Shown here piece after piece: positions 38,249-50,197 of a stretch of DNA of 64,000 nucleotides; position 1 is the stretch's first letter; each line of letters begins with the position of its first letter. Source of the stretch: Lama glama. Its lineage: Eukaryota. Location of the stretch: contig CM052818.1 of assembly GCA_028534125.1 (NCBI GenBank), positions 23,748,001-23,812,000 of the forward strand, written 5' to 3'. The notes under the pieces are model-generated. The model worked only from the letters and a program-made list of their open reading frames with translations. It searched no databases and was not told where the DNA came from. Both the position numbers and the translations under genes were made by a program.

Positions 38249-39554
38249 AAAGCTTTCGGTTTGAAACTTGGCTCTGCTGATTTTTTTTTTTTGCTCTGTA
38301 TTTTTTTGTGTACACTTTACCTCTCTGAGCCTCCGTATCCTCAACTATATAGTGGAGACAAAAAACAGAGTCAAACAACAAGAAAAAGAAACCAGTCCAC
38401 AGGGCTACAGTCAGTATTAAATAAGGAAATACCTGTAAAAGTACCACTAGCAGTGCTTGAAACATTGTAACAATTTAGCATCTGTCAACTAGACCTAGAT
38501 GTGGTTCATTATGAATTTTCATACACAGCAAACATAATATGTGTTAAAATTAGAAAATCTGGTCAAATAATATATGTACTCTTCATGTAAATAGAAAGTA
38601 TATTTAAGATTTTCCAATTCCCATCTTGCACTTTCTGTTTGAAAATCAGTGAAACTCCATGGCCATTATCTTTTTTTACCACATCCACTGGTCCTTCGCC
38701 ATAGAATGCGTAGTAGAAATGAATTTAAACAAATTGTGATTTCAACCACATTCAAAAGAGTCTTCATGAAGGAATTATTTTAAATATAGATGACAAAAAC
38801 ATTCTGAGAAGAACACATATCTCTTTTTAAGTAAGTGTGCTTTAAATTATTTTTTAAATATATGTGATGTGTAGTTATGTAATTTGTTTTACTATTCTTG
38901 AGCTGGCAATACAATGAAGAGCTGCATAAAACTGTACTCAAAGAGCAAAATAAGCCTGACTTTCATTACGGAGGAAGACAATCATTTCTGAGAGGTTTCA
39001 GTCTGATTTCTGACAGTTTGAAGCTTCTCGTAATAACTAGAAATTGCTTGCAATGTTTGCCAAATAAAAATCTAAGTGCCTAAATGAATGGCTTTCTTCT
39101 GACTAATTTTTGTCCTTTGCCAGATCAGATACAAAAATGTGGGCTTGAATCCTGATGAGATGAAATGACCCCAGTCACTCAACCAAGACAGAGAAGACAT
39201 GCTGCTGGCTGAAATCCAATTAGGTAATTACATTTCTTTCAACGTATAATACTCATGTTATTTCAATTAAATATCACATTTTTCATTTCCCTGCACGTTT
39301 TTACCTTCTCCTTCCATTTTCATTTCACCTTGGCTTCATGAAAATGAAATAGCTACTGATTTATTCAGGGAGACTGGCAATATCATGTTAGCTGTAAGAG
39401 AAGCTTACGAATAGACTCCATAGCTGGAGTATTGAGTGACTATTCAAAAGGTAAGTAAAAATAAGATGCAGGAACTCTAAGATGCTAAGAGAAATTACAA
39501 GTCCAGCTCTTAAGTCAAAAAGGGTTTAGGCTGAAGGAAGCCCATGATACAGTC

Positions 39555-39775
39555 TAGGCCGGTGGTCAGCAGACCTTTCTGTAAAGGGCCAAATTGTAAA
39601 TATTTTAGGCTTGTGAGCCATATGGTCATTTTCACAACAATTTAATTATGCCTTAGCAGACAGAAAGCAGACATGGGCAATAGGTGGACAAACAAATGTG
39701 GTTGTGTCCCACTAAAATATTTATAAAACCAGGTGGTGGGCCAGATTTGGCTTGCAAGTCATTTCTGGATCCATC
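39555..39775. mobile_element. MER58-like hAT DNA transposon remnant
   Basis: 'ggtcagcagacctttctgtaaagggccaaattgtaaatattttaggcttgtgagccatatggtc...gggccagatttggc'. Confidence 0.75.
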
Positions 39776-41029
39776 TAATCTAATCTCTTTATTTTAGAGA
39801 AGAGGAGAATCAGGTTCAGAGATGTTAAATGACACACGTAACCCAAGTCCCTAAAAACTTCGTCTCAGAGCTCAAACTGCAGGCAAAGTTCCAGATATCC
39901 TAACTTGCTGTTTATTCTAGTGCATCATTGTTACATAAATGAGGAAAAATTTGGTCTCTGTGTATTGGCGCCTACAATATTTCTTCCCTGCAGACCGAGA
40001 CCTTCCAGCTCAAAAGCCTGCTAGCGGCAGACTCAAATATTTGCACATCTAATTATTTTAAAAGTAGACCAGACAAGCGAATGTTTAGCCACGTAGAGCC
40101 TTCTTGCTTTGAATACCCCATGAATCCTCATCCAACAGCTGTTATCTACTGATTAAATGGGGCCTTGCAGTTGTAAGGGTCCTGTTTTTCAGCTCTCTGA
40201 CCAAAGACTCCCCTCCTAGGAGGCTTAGCAACTTTACCTGGAGGTCTAAGCTCCCTCTCAGTTCGCCCCCTTCCCTGGGAGTTGTCTTATCTCTGTCCCC
40301 TTCTGAGTAGCAGACCCCTGAGCTACTGCCTCTGGACAGACTTGTTCTATGAGAGGCTTCTCCCCCACGCAAACCTATCAAGGCATCGCCAGTCAAAGCT
40401 GGGCGCACTACTGCCTGCCATGGTCGTAACCTTTTCCTGGACCAGCACACAAATTCCCCGCCCTCCTGTAATCATGATTCATGAAAAGCAAGCAAAAGAG
40501 AAAATAATACTTAAGTCATCTTTAAACAGTATTTTTTTTCACTTACAAAATAAATGTTTCATGAAAGGCAATTACTTCTGTGAAGTATGTTTCTCAGAAA
40601 TCCCTTTGCTATAAAATGGTTCAAACATTAGGATTATGTTCATATGTGCAACCCCTCTTACTCCCTTCCTCTGTTTCTGTGGAAGATGCCAGAAAATATT
40701 AAGGGGATTGAGAAGTAATAAACTTCTGCAGAGAGAAACTTTTTCTTTAGAGTCTGTGTCCACTATGCATAGTGGAATGGTCATAAATTTTCTGGGATAG
40801 GGTGATGGAAATAGTAAGAGACTTCAGCCACTCCCTGTGTATGTGGATGCCCTTTCAAAGAGTATGTCCACAGTATAATGAAAACTATGTGGCACAAATA
40901 AAATAGCAAGCTCTCCACTGATATATTCAAATGCCGACTTGAAAATCCCAAGGACGAGTTTCAAACATTCTAATTACCCTTTTCTGTGGACAGGCTCATT
41001 TAAAAATGTATCATGATACTAGAATAGTA

Positions 41030-41460
41030 TGGTAGATGAAGATCCGTGGTCAGGAAACATTCACTTCCCGTGACCAGCACCTGTGTGGGAAGACTACACT
41101 TCCCATCATGCTGGATCCGGGCTTTGGCCATATGACTGACTTTGGCCAGCAGGATGTTAGCACACATGATGTAAGCGGAGGCCTTGAAATGTCTGCACAG
41201 TTGGGCCACATATGAGGAAACATAGAAGGCTGGAAACGAGTGACTCACATGGTGGTGAAACACTTTGTCAAAGTATTGCCTAAAATAACGTGAAAACAGG
41301 AGATTTACCCAATCAGTTGGTGAAACTAAATGATGAGATTTTGAAAGAGAATGTTGGAAGTGTGAAGTCTGAGCTGGCTCCTGCTGGTTGCATTTGTTAC
41401 AGTGATGCAAGAAAATCATGAGCTTACAGTGAGACTGGCTGGTTTACAAAATAATTTAGA
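41030..41460 (+). mobile_element. MaLR (MLT1-like) LTR plus internal fragment
   Basis: 'gggctttggccatatgactgactttggccagcaggatgttagcacacatgatgtaagcggaggccttgaaatg' followed by internal-like sequence. Confidence 0.6.
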
Positions 41461-41960
41461 NNNNNNNNNNNNNNNNNNNNNNNNNNNNNNNNNNNNNNNN
41501 NNNNNNNNNNNNNNNNNNNNNNNNNNNNNNNNNNNNNNNNNNNNNNNNNNNNNNNNNNNNNNNNNNNNNNNNNNNNNNNNNNNNNNNNNNNNNNNNNNNN
41601 NNNNNNNNNNNNNNNNNNNNNNNNNNNNNNNNNNNNNNNNNNNNNNNNNNNNNNNNNNNNNNNNNNNNNNNNNNNNNNNNNNNNNNNNNNNNNNNNNNNN
41701 NNNNNNNNNNNNNNNNNNNNNNNNNNNNNNNNNNNNNNNNNNNNNNNNNNNNNNNNNNNNNNNNNNNNNNNNNNNNNNNNNNNNNNNNNNNNNNNNNNNN
41801 NNNNNNNNNNNNNNNNNNNNNNNNNNNNNNNNNNNNNNNNNNNNNNNNNNNNNNNNNNNNNNNNNNNNNNNNNNNNNNNNNNNNNNNNNNNNNNNNNNNN
41901 NNNNNNNNNNNNNNNNNNNNNNNNNNNNNNNNNNNNNNNNNNNNNNNNNNNNNNNNNNNN
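41461..41960. other. Assembly gap (500 N)
   Basis: Run of N. Confidence 1.
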
Positions 41961-42608
41961 TTTTTTTTCCTTCAAATTATATTTTGTAAAATAATATTAC
42001 CTTGAAGAGCAGGATTGGGAAAAATAGATAGCCTAGAAGAGGACAAAAGATACTGATGAATCTTTGGAAAAAGACAGAAAAACTCAGCCAGTGGGACAGC
42101 TTGGGGTCACATGTAAGATTTCATTTTCAAAAGGTTCCACATTGGTAGGTAGCTAGGTAAGCAGAAGCTTGCTAGCTCACTAGATGGACAGACAGGCAGG
42201 CAGGCAGATAGGTTGAACACTTCTGACCTAATACACATTTCTGATTTTCCAGCTGCAGAAACTCAGATCTACTGGCTTGAAATGGTTTCTCAGAAACACC
42301 CAGCTAGAAATCGGCAACATCAGAATGTACACGTGTAACTCCCTTTTGAAGGAAAAGCTGTTTTCTGAAATGCCACACCGAATGAGGAGAGGCTTATGGC
42401 TTGCCTTGAATCACCCTCAGCTTCTTTCTATTTTCATTAGAATCAACATATACATTTGCATATGACTTATTATAAGGATGGATGCATCTGTGTACCAGGC
42501 ACCTTCATGCAAAACTACATGGTATATAACTATGTATTATGTAAAATACTTCATATATTACTATATATATGTTTGTATATTTATAATATATGGTGTATTA
42601 TATAGTGA

Positions 42609-42663
42609 GATATATATATATATATATATACATACACATACATACATATATATACACACACAC
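42609..42663. repeat. (TA)n/(CA)n microsatellite
   Basis: Read directly from the sequence. Confidence 0.9.
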
Positions 42664-45600
42664 TACTAAAAGACAATGAAATTATGCCTAAGATTTCCTC
42701 CAAGCTAGGTTTCATCTCTTTTTACCTCTTCCTGTGCTATTTTGGACTGGGAATGCTATCTTGGATTCAAGTGGAACTGCAGCTGCTACACAGCCATGTT
42801 GTTATGCTGTGACCAGATGTTGGAAACGCATGAGTACTGCTAAGTGAATTGGTATATCATCTGTAAAAGGAAACCATAAAGAATTAACGCAATTATACCT
42901 TTATCTGTATGGAACTGTGGAAATCAGTGAAATATGATTCAATATCCATTTATCTTTAGTCATAATTTAACATAAAAACAAAATTAATACATTTGAAATG
43001 ATTAAAATATGTTATCACTACTCCTGTGGTAATAATAACAGATCTATCCACATCCAGTGATTAGTCTGTGTGCTCATTTAAGTAGTTTTATGTAATGTTA
43101 GGAGTTTAAAATGAATTCCGTATTTTATGAGCCAAAGTTTTACCCACTACCATTGTCATGAGAAAAAAGCAGCAGATCTTTCTAAAGAACACCAACCACA
43201 ATTACATTCACTGAGAAAATGTGCTCTAATCGCCTCTGGAGTCCTATAATGTATGTAAGATCCTTACGTGTGCCAGCAGACAATCTAGGATCGAATCATT
43301 GCTCGAGAACTTATTAGCAGCGGGCCTCTGGGCAAGTTGCTTTTTCCTCTGAACATATTTGCTCCCCTGGAAAGGTACTGTGACAAGCAAATGAGGGACT
43401 CTATAAGCGTGCTATGTACATTGAAAGATACTCCAAGGGTTGTGGTCATTGGTGTTCTTAACAACAACTGGGGGCAGTTCAAAGATACATAGGAATAATT
43501 TTTTTTAAGTTTTTTTTCTACTTTCCTCACAGGTTTTGTATTTAATAATGTAATTATTAATAATACTTTATGAGCTACTTTTTATTCTTTAGCATACATT
43601 TCATAATGATTTCTATGAGCTTGTTGAATTTTTTGTACTTTATTCCTTTTTAAATAAAGAACAGTATTGTGGTATGATTGACATGCAAAAATCTGTATTT
43701 TTGTATACAACCTGATGAGTTTGGAGACAGGTATTCACCCATGAAACTAGCACCACAATCAACCCCATAAACATATTCATCACTAGAATATTTTTAGTGA
43801 CACCTTACTGGTTCGCTTTTGATGCCCAACACACGAAAGGATTCTGACAGCTGTCCTAGAGGACAGTCCCAACTGAAAGTCCTGTTTTAAAGTACATCCA
43901 TGAGTAGCTGGCATGATAGGGAAAATTGATAATGCCAGGATGTTGATTTTGAAAATAAAATACTATGACAGCCTGATAACTGCATCTTCAGATATTGCTC
44001 ATGAAAGTGAATGGAAAATAAGAGATTAAATGTAAAAGAAAATGTATCTAATTGCTACAATTGAAGGCATTTATGGTTTCTTTTAGGGTGTATATGTATA
44101 ATGGAAAACATTTTACAAAAGGAGATTCTTCTTCTTTCATGCAAAGTAGTAATGACAATACTGAGCTTGTCTAGCATGGAGAGATAAGACTATTACACTT
44201 GGAGTTGAGGAACTGGGTACTAGTACTGGAGTGACCATCTTGGCCACACCACCATACCTCTCTGTTCATCAACTTTCTCATCTTAAAATGTGAATTCTGA
44301 GCAGAAAGGCTATCTAAGACTTTTTCACATTCTAAAAGATGGTGGTGGAGATGGAGTGAGGAACAAAGCAATAAAATATGGCAGGAATTCTACATGTGTA
44401 TAAGAAGCACTCTGTAAAATTACTTGGAGATTTTGACTGACTGTAAATATAGTCTACCTATGATTTTTAAACCTTATGCATATCAGCATCACTTGGAAAG
44501 CTTTTAAAATCTGTATATAAATTGCTGGACCCCACCACTCAGGACCTCTGATTTAATAGGCTTTTTTTCCTCACTGGACGGTAAACTCATTAAAGACATC
44601 TACCTGTATCCCTAGAAGACTAATTTAGGCTCAGCAAAGTTATAAGAATAAGCAGCCTAAGTAAATAATGAATTTTAAGTCTTTTGGGGAGACAGCATGT
44701 AAAATATGTGGAGAGAAAGCAAGCATATAATGTAAAATGAATCTGTAACACACATTCCCTTCAAGTGTTACAGAGAATGCACTAAGGGAGAGACAGTGGA
44801 TAGACTATTGCCTTTACCTAAAGTGGGAAGGATTTAGATCTCCACACCATTAAATTCAGAACATTACAAGTCTGATGTTAAAGTATGCAGGTACAATGCA
44901 AACAGCATGATGAGTTGATGCCAGAAACTCATGCCTTTTTTCTAGGCACGTAACTCTCTATATATACATATATAGAATGTTTTTAATTTTTATAAAAATT
45001 TGATTGCAAAATACTTTTTTTTCTGTACAGTGTTACAAATAAGTTTAGCACATGAATTAGAATTTTTAGAGTAGCAGTGCTGAAGAAGTCTTAGGTATCC
45101 TTCGCCTTACGAGTCTGAGGAGCCAGACCAACCTCCAAGACATTTCCATGAAATAAACACAGAGCTCTACAAAATTCAGCATGAAGCAATCAGATTTAGG
45201 TGACACAGTGCACCAGTGGCAGAGACTGCTTATCAACCACTTGATTGTCAATCACAGCCAGAAGTAGCTGGGACTGTGAATGTGAGAGAGGCTTAAATCT
45301 TGCCATCTAAGAAATTAGATCACAGGAATCTGGGGATACTAACTTTCCAGAGCTGGAAATCATCTCCAGTTTCATCACTGAAGACTCACACATCTCTATA
45401 AATTGTCACATGCACAGTACAAATAGTCCATATGAAAAACTGGAGCTTACTTCAAAAAATACTAATACTTTTTACTGTCTAGAGAAGCTTTAGTGTATAG
45501 TGAGGACAAAAGTTACTTCTGTGTAGCATATGCCTGCTCCATTATAAGACAACATATAGCAGAAATAGCACACAGCTTTCTCTAGCCGATGAAGGGAGAC

Positions 45601-45789
45601 AAAGTGAAAGGTGCATTCATGGCCCCATACAGTGGGCCAAACCAGAGTTAAATCACCAAGCACACATTGCTATTCTCAAGGAGATGTAAAAACTTTTATG
45701 ACATCAGATCCATAGTAAAAGCTAATGCAAAAGCAGGTATCACCAATACTGTCTCTAATAGGATGTATTTGGCTCCAAATGAAGAACAC

Positions 45790-47293
45790 CTGAATTAGAA
45801 AAAGAAGAACAAACAAAAGCTAAAGTTAGCAGAAGAAATATAAAGATCAGGGAAGAAATAAAATAGAGATTAAAAAATAGAAAAATATTCAATCAAGCCA
45901 AGAGCTAGTTTTTTGAAAGAGTAAACAAAATTGACAAACCTCTGTCTACGCTCACCAGGAAGAAAAGAGAAGACACAGACAAAATAAGAAATGAAGGAGG
46001 AGAAATGACAACCAACACCACAGAAATAAAAAAGAGATTACTATGAACAACTATATGGCAACAAATTGGCCAACGTGGAAGAAATGGACAAGTCTCCAGA
46101 AACATACAATCCACCAAAACTGAATCAAAAAGAAACAGGTAATTTGAACAGACCGATCACTAGAAGTGAAATAGAATCAGCAATTTAAAAACCTCTCTGC
46201 AAACAAAAGTCCAGGACCAGATGGCTTCACAGGAGAATTCTACCAAACATACAAAGAAGAATTTATAGAAATCCTTCTCAAACTCTTATAAAATATTGAA
46301 GAGGAGGCAAAACTTTCAAACTCATTCTATGAAGCCACCATCACCCTGATACCAAAACCAGACAAAGACACTACCAAAAAAGAAAATCACAGGCCAGTAT
46401 CATTGAGGAAGATAGATGCAAAACTCAAAAAAATAATAGCAAACAAAATTCAATAAAAAAGATCATATACTATGATCAAGTTGGATTCATCCCAGGGACA
46501 CAAGGATAGTTCAACATACACAAATCAATCACGTGGTACACCACATCAACGAGAGAACCTCCTAGAAGAAAACACAGGCAAAATATTCTTTGACATAAAT
46601 CTTAGCAATGTTCTCCTAGGGCAGTCTACCAAGGCAATATAAATAAAAGCAAAAATAAACAAATGGGACTTAAAACTTAAAAGCTTTTGCATAGCAAAGG
46701 AAACCATAGATAAAACAAAAAAGACAACCTATGAGCTGTGAGAAAATATTTGGAAATGATGTGGCTGACAAGGGTTTAATTTCCAGAATGTACAAACAGC
46801 TCATACAGCTCAATAACAAGAAAATAAACAACCCAATAAAAAAATGGGCAGAAGACCCAGACATTCCACCAGTGAAGACATCCAAATGGCCAATAGGCAC
46901 ATGAAAAAAATGCTCAATATCATTAACTATTAGAGAAATGCAAATCAAAACAACAATGAAGTACCACCTCACATTGGTTAGAATAGCCATCATTAAAAAG
47001 TCCAAAAACAATAAATGTTGGAGAGGGTGTGGAGAAAAGGGAACCCTCCTACAATGTTGGTGGGAATGCAGTTTGGTGCAGCCATTATGGAGAACAGTAT
47101 GGAGATTTCTTAAAAAACTAGCAATAGACTTACCCTATGATCCAGCAATCCCACTCCTGGGCATATATCTGGAGGAAACTAATTTTAAAAAGTACATGCA
47201 CTTCCAATGTTCATAGCAGCACTATTTACAATAGCCAAGACATAGAAGACACCTAAATGTCCATTGATAGAAGACTGGATAAAGAAGTTGTGG

Positions 47294-47351
<58 letters not shown>

Positions 47352-47895
47352 ACAATGGAATACTACTCAGCTATAAAAAATAAAATATACTCCCTTGATT
47401 TACATGCAGCTGTGATACACACACACACACACACACACGGTGGAATACTACTCAGCTATAAAAAAGAATAAAATGCCATTTGCAGGAACATGGATGGACC
47501 TGGAGACTGTCATACTAAATGAAGCCAGAAAGAGAAAGAAAAATACCATATGATATCACTTATATGTGGAATCTAAATAAATGAAACAAATGAACTTATT
47601 TACAAAACAGAAACAGACTCAAAGACATAGAAAACAAATGTGGTTATGGGGATGGGAATGGAGGTATAAATTGGGATTTGCAGTAACTAACTACTATATA
47701 TAAAATAGATAAATAGCAAAATCCTACTGTATAGCACAGGGAACTGTATTCAATTCCTTGTAATAGCCCATACTGAAAAAGAATATAACTGAGTAACAGA
47801 ATCACTATGCTGTACAACAGAAATTAACATGACACTGTAAAATGACTATACTTCAATACAAATAATAATTAAATAAAAAATAAAAATCAAAAAAG
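45790..47895 (+). mobile_element. 5'-truncated LINE-1 (ORF2 remnant and 3' UTR) with a large internal deletion at ~46555
   Basis: ORF2 motifs ('aaaagtccaggaccagatggcttcacaggagaattctaccaaaca'), C-terminal [21 protein letters not shown]...[22 protein letters not shown], and an A-rich tail. Confidence 0.95.
47295..47465. repeat. (CA)n microsatellites with a local tandem duplication inside the L1
   Basis: (CA)n + 'tggaatactactcagctataaaaaa' occurs twice (~47356 and ~47441). Confidence 0.9.
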
Positions 47896-48283
47896 AATCC
47901 CATATAGAACAAAACTGCCCTTCAGAAATGAGGGAGAAATTAAGATATTCTCGTTAAATAAAAGCTAGCAGAGTTTATCACTAGACCTTCACAGTTACAA
48001 ATTCTGAAGGTAGTCCTGAAGATTGAAATGAGAGGATGCTGGAAAATAACTCATTCAGTATGAAGAAATAAAGATAAATGAAAAAAGAAAAAAGAAAAAG
48101 AAAAAGAAAACCTGTACTAAGTTTCACAAGGGTCTATGTAACTTATGTACCAGGAAGCACCAGTAATGGCTCCTATAGCACCTTCAGGAAAGAAGCTCCG
48201 CCTGTCTTCATTTTCACAATGCTTGGTCATGGCTGCTTCACTTTCAAGCATTGAGAGCCCGTTCCAGATAGAAAGAAGAAATG

Positions 48284-48511
48284 AGCAGAACAAGTTTGGA
48301 CTCAGTAACAAATCTTGTCAAAGCCAGCCAGGAGCCTTGCTGCTTGTGACCAGCCAGCCCCACCTGGGGAGTTTTCAGGTGAGGCCCTAGCAGCTGCCAG
48401 GACCACCTGTCCTGAGGCTCCTCCCTTCAAAACTTCCCGAAGCAGCACCACTGCCCTAGTGCGTGGCAGTTGGAGCAAGGAATCGACATCTGGGGGCCAA
48501 TGGGCTCCATA
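48284..48511 (+). repeat. Inverted 228-bp duplicate of the proviral U5-PBS-leader (33059-33286)
   Basis: Reverse complement of 33059-33286; I count 3 substitutions. The ORF track shows near-identical peptides at 32857-33255(-) and 48315-48512(+). Confidence 0.97.
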
Positions 48512-49265
48512 GAGTAGGGTAATATACATGTAATGAAGTCTCTGAAGAAGAGAAGAGGGCAGTAGACAAATATTTGAAGAAACAGTGATCACAGTTATTC
48601 AATTTGATGAAAAGTGGAAACTCAAAGATTCAAGAAACTCAACAAGCACCAGGACAAGAGACACGAAGAGAACTATTCCAAGGCACATCACAATCAAATT
48701 GCTTAAAACCTATAGAGAGAAAATCTTAAAAAACAACCAAGAACAACAACAAAAAAAGGACACACTATGTAATATAAAAGAACAAATGGCAAATGTAAGC
48801 GTGTTCACATTTCTCATGGGAAAAAAAATGCAAGTGAGACTACAATCACAATACATGGTACAGCTGTATTATAATGGAATATAGTTCTCAGCAATGATGA
48901 GCTATTAATACACACACAAAACAGATGAATCTCAAAATAATTCTGTGAAGCCAGATAAAACAGACAAAACACACTGTGTGTTTTCATTTTTATCAAATTA
49001 TGAAACAGGCAAATTAATTGTTAGTAACAGAAAGCAGATCAATGGTTGTCTGATGGAGAAAGTGCAGAAACTACAAGAGGAACAAGGGAAACTTCTGGGG
49101 GTGATGGACAAAGTCATTTCTTGACTTTTGTGATGTTTTCATGTACAGGTATATATCTTTATGTGTATCATAGTAACTGTATCAAATTTTGTACTTTATA
49201 TATGTTCAATATGTATGTCAATTATACCTCCATGAAACATTTTTAAATAAAGATAAAATTAAAAA
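48512..49265 (+). mobile_element. Old L1 fragments (ORF1-like piece followed by 3' UTR)
   Basis: 'IPRHITIKLLKT.REKILK' ORF1-like peptide; 'atgaatctcaaaataatt', 'gtatgtcaattatacctc' 3' UTR motifs. Confidence 0.75.
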
Positions 49266-49483
49266 ACTGTAAAGCAATAAAACATGCCAAACCCTGCCAT
49301 CATGATTTTATACATTCTCTTTTTACAAACAATGGATTTAGCATACGATGAAAATGTACAAGAAATATGATAAACCTTTATGTCAATTTGTTTTCTCTTC
49401 ACTACTAAATGTGATAGGATATAAAAACTTCAATTTTTTTTTTCTTGTGGCAAGTTCTTCACAGTTTAAACATGAAGCTATCA

Positions 49484-50197
49484 TAACTTGGTACAGCCAC
49501 TATGGAAAACAGTAAGGAGGTTCCTTATACAACTAAAAATACAGTTACCATATGATCCATCAATCCTACATCTGGGCATACATCTGGAGGAAACTAATTA
49601 AAAAAGATACATACATACATACATACATACAGTGTTCAGAGCATCATTATTTACAATAGCCAAGACATGGAAGAAACCTAAATGACCACTGAAAGATGAC
49701 TGAATAAAGAACTTGTGGTGTATATATATATATATATACCACCTACATAAACACACACAAACACACACACACACACACAAAGGAATACTACTCAGTCATA
49801 AAAATGAAATAATGCCATTTGCAGTAACATGGATGGACCTAGAGATTATCATCTAAGTGAAGTAAGCCAGAATGAGAAAGAAAATTACCACTTATATATG
49901 GAATCTTAAAAAATAACATAAATGAACTCATTTACAAAACAGAAGCAGACTCACAGATACAGAAAACAAACTTATGGTTACCAAAGGGAGGAAAGCAGGG
50001 AGGGATAAATTAGGAGTTTGGAATCTGCAGATACCAACTACTATATATAAAATAGATAAACAACAAGGGAACTATATTCAATATCCTATAATAACCTATA
50101 ATGAAAAATAGATATATATAAAAGTATAACTGAATCACTATGCTGTACATCAGAAACTAATATATTCTATATATCAACAATACTTCAATTTAAAAAA
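49484..50197 (+). mobile_element. 5'-truncated L1 with perfect TSD
   Basis: L1 ORF2 end and 3' UTR flanked by atgaagctatca at 49472-49483 and 50198-50209. Confidence 0.93.
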
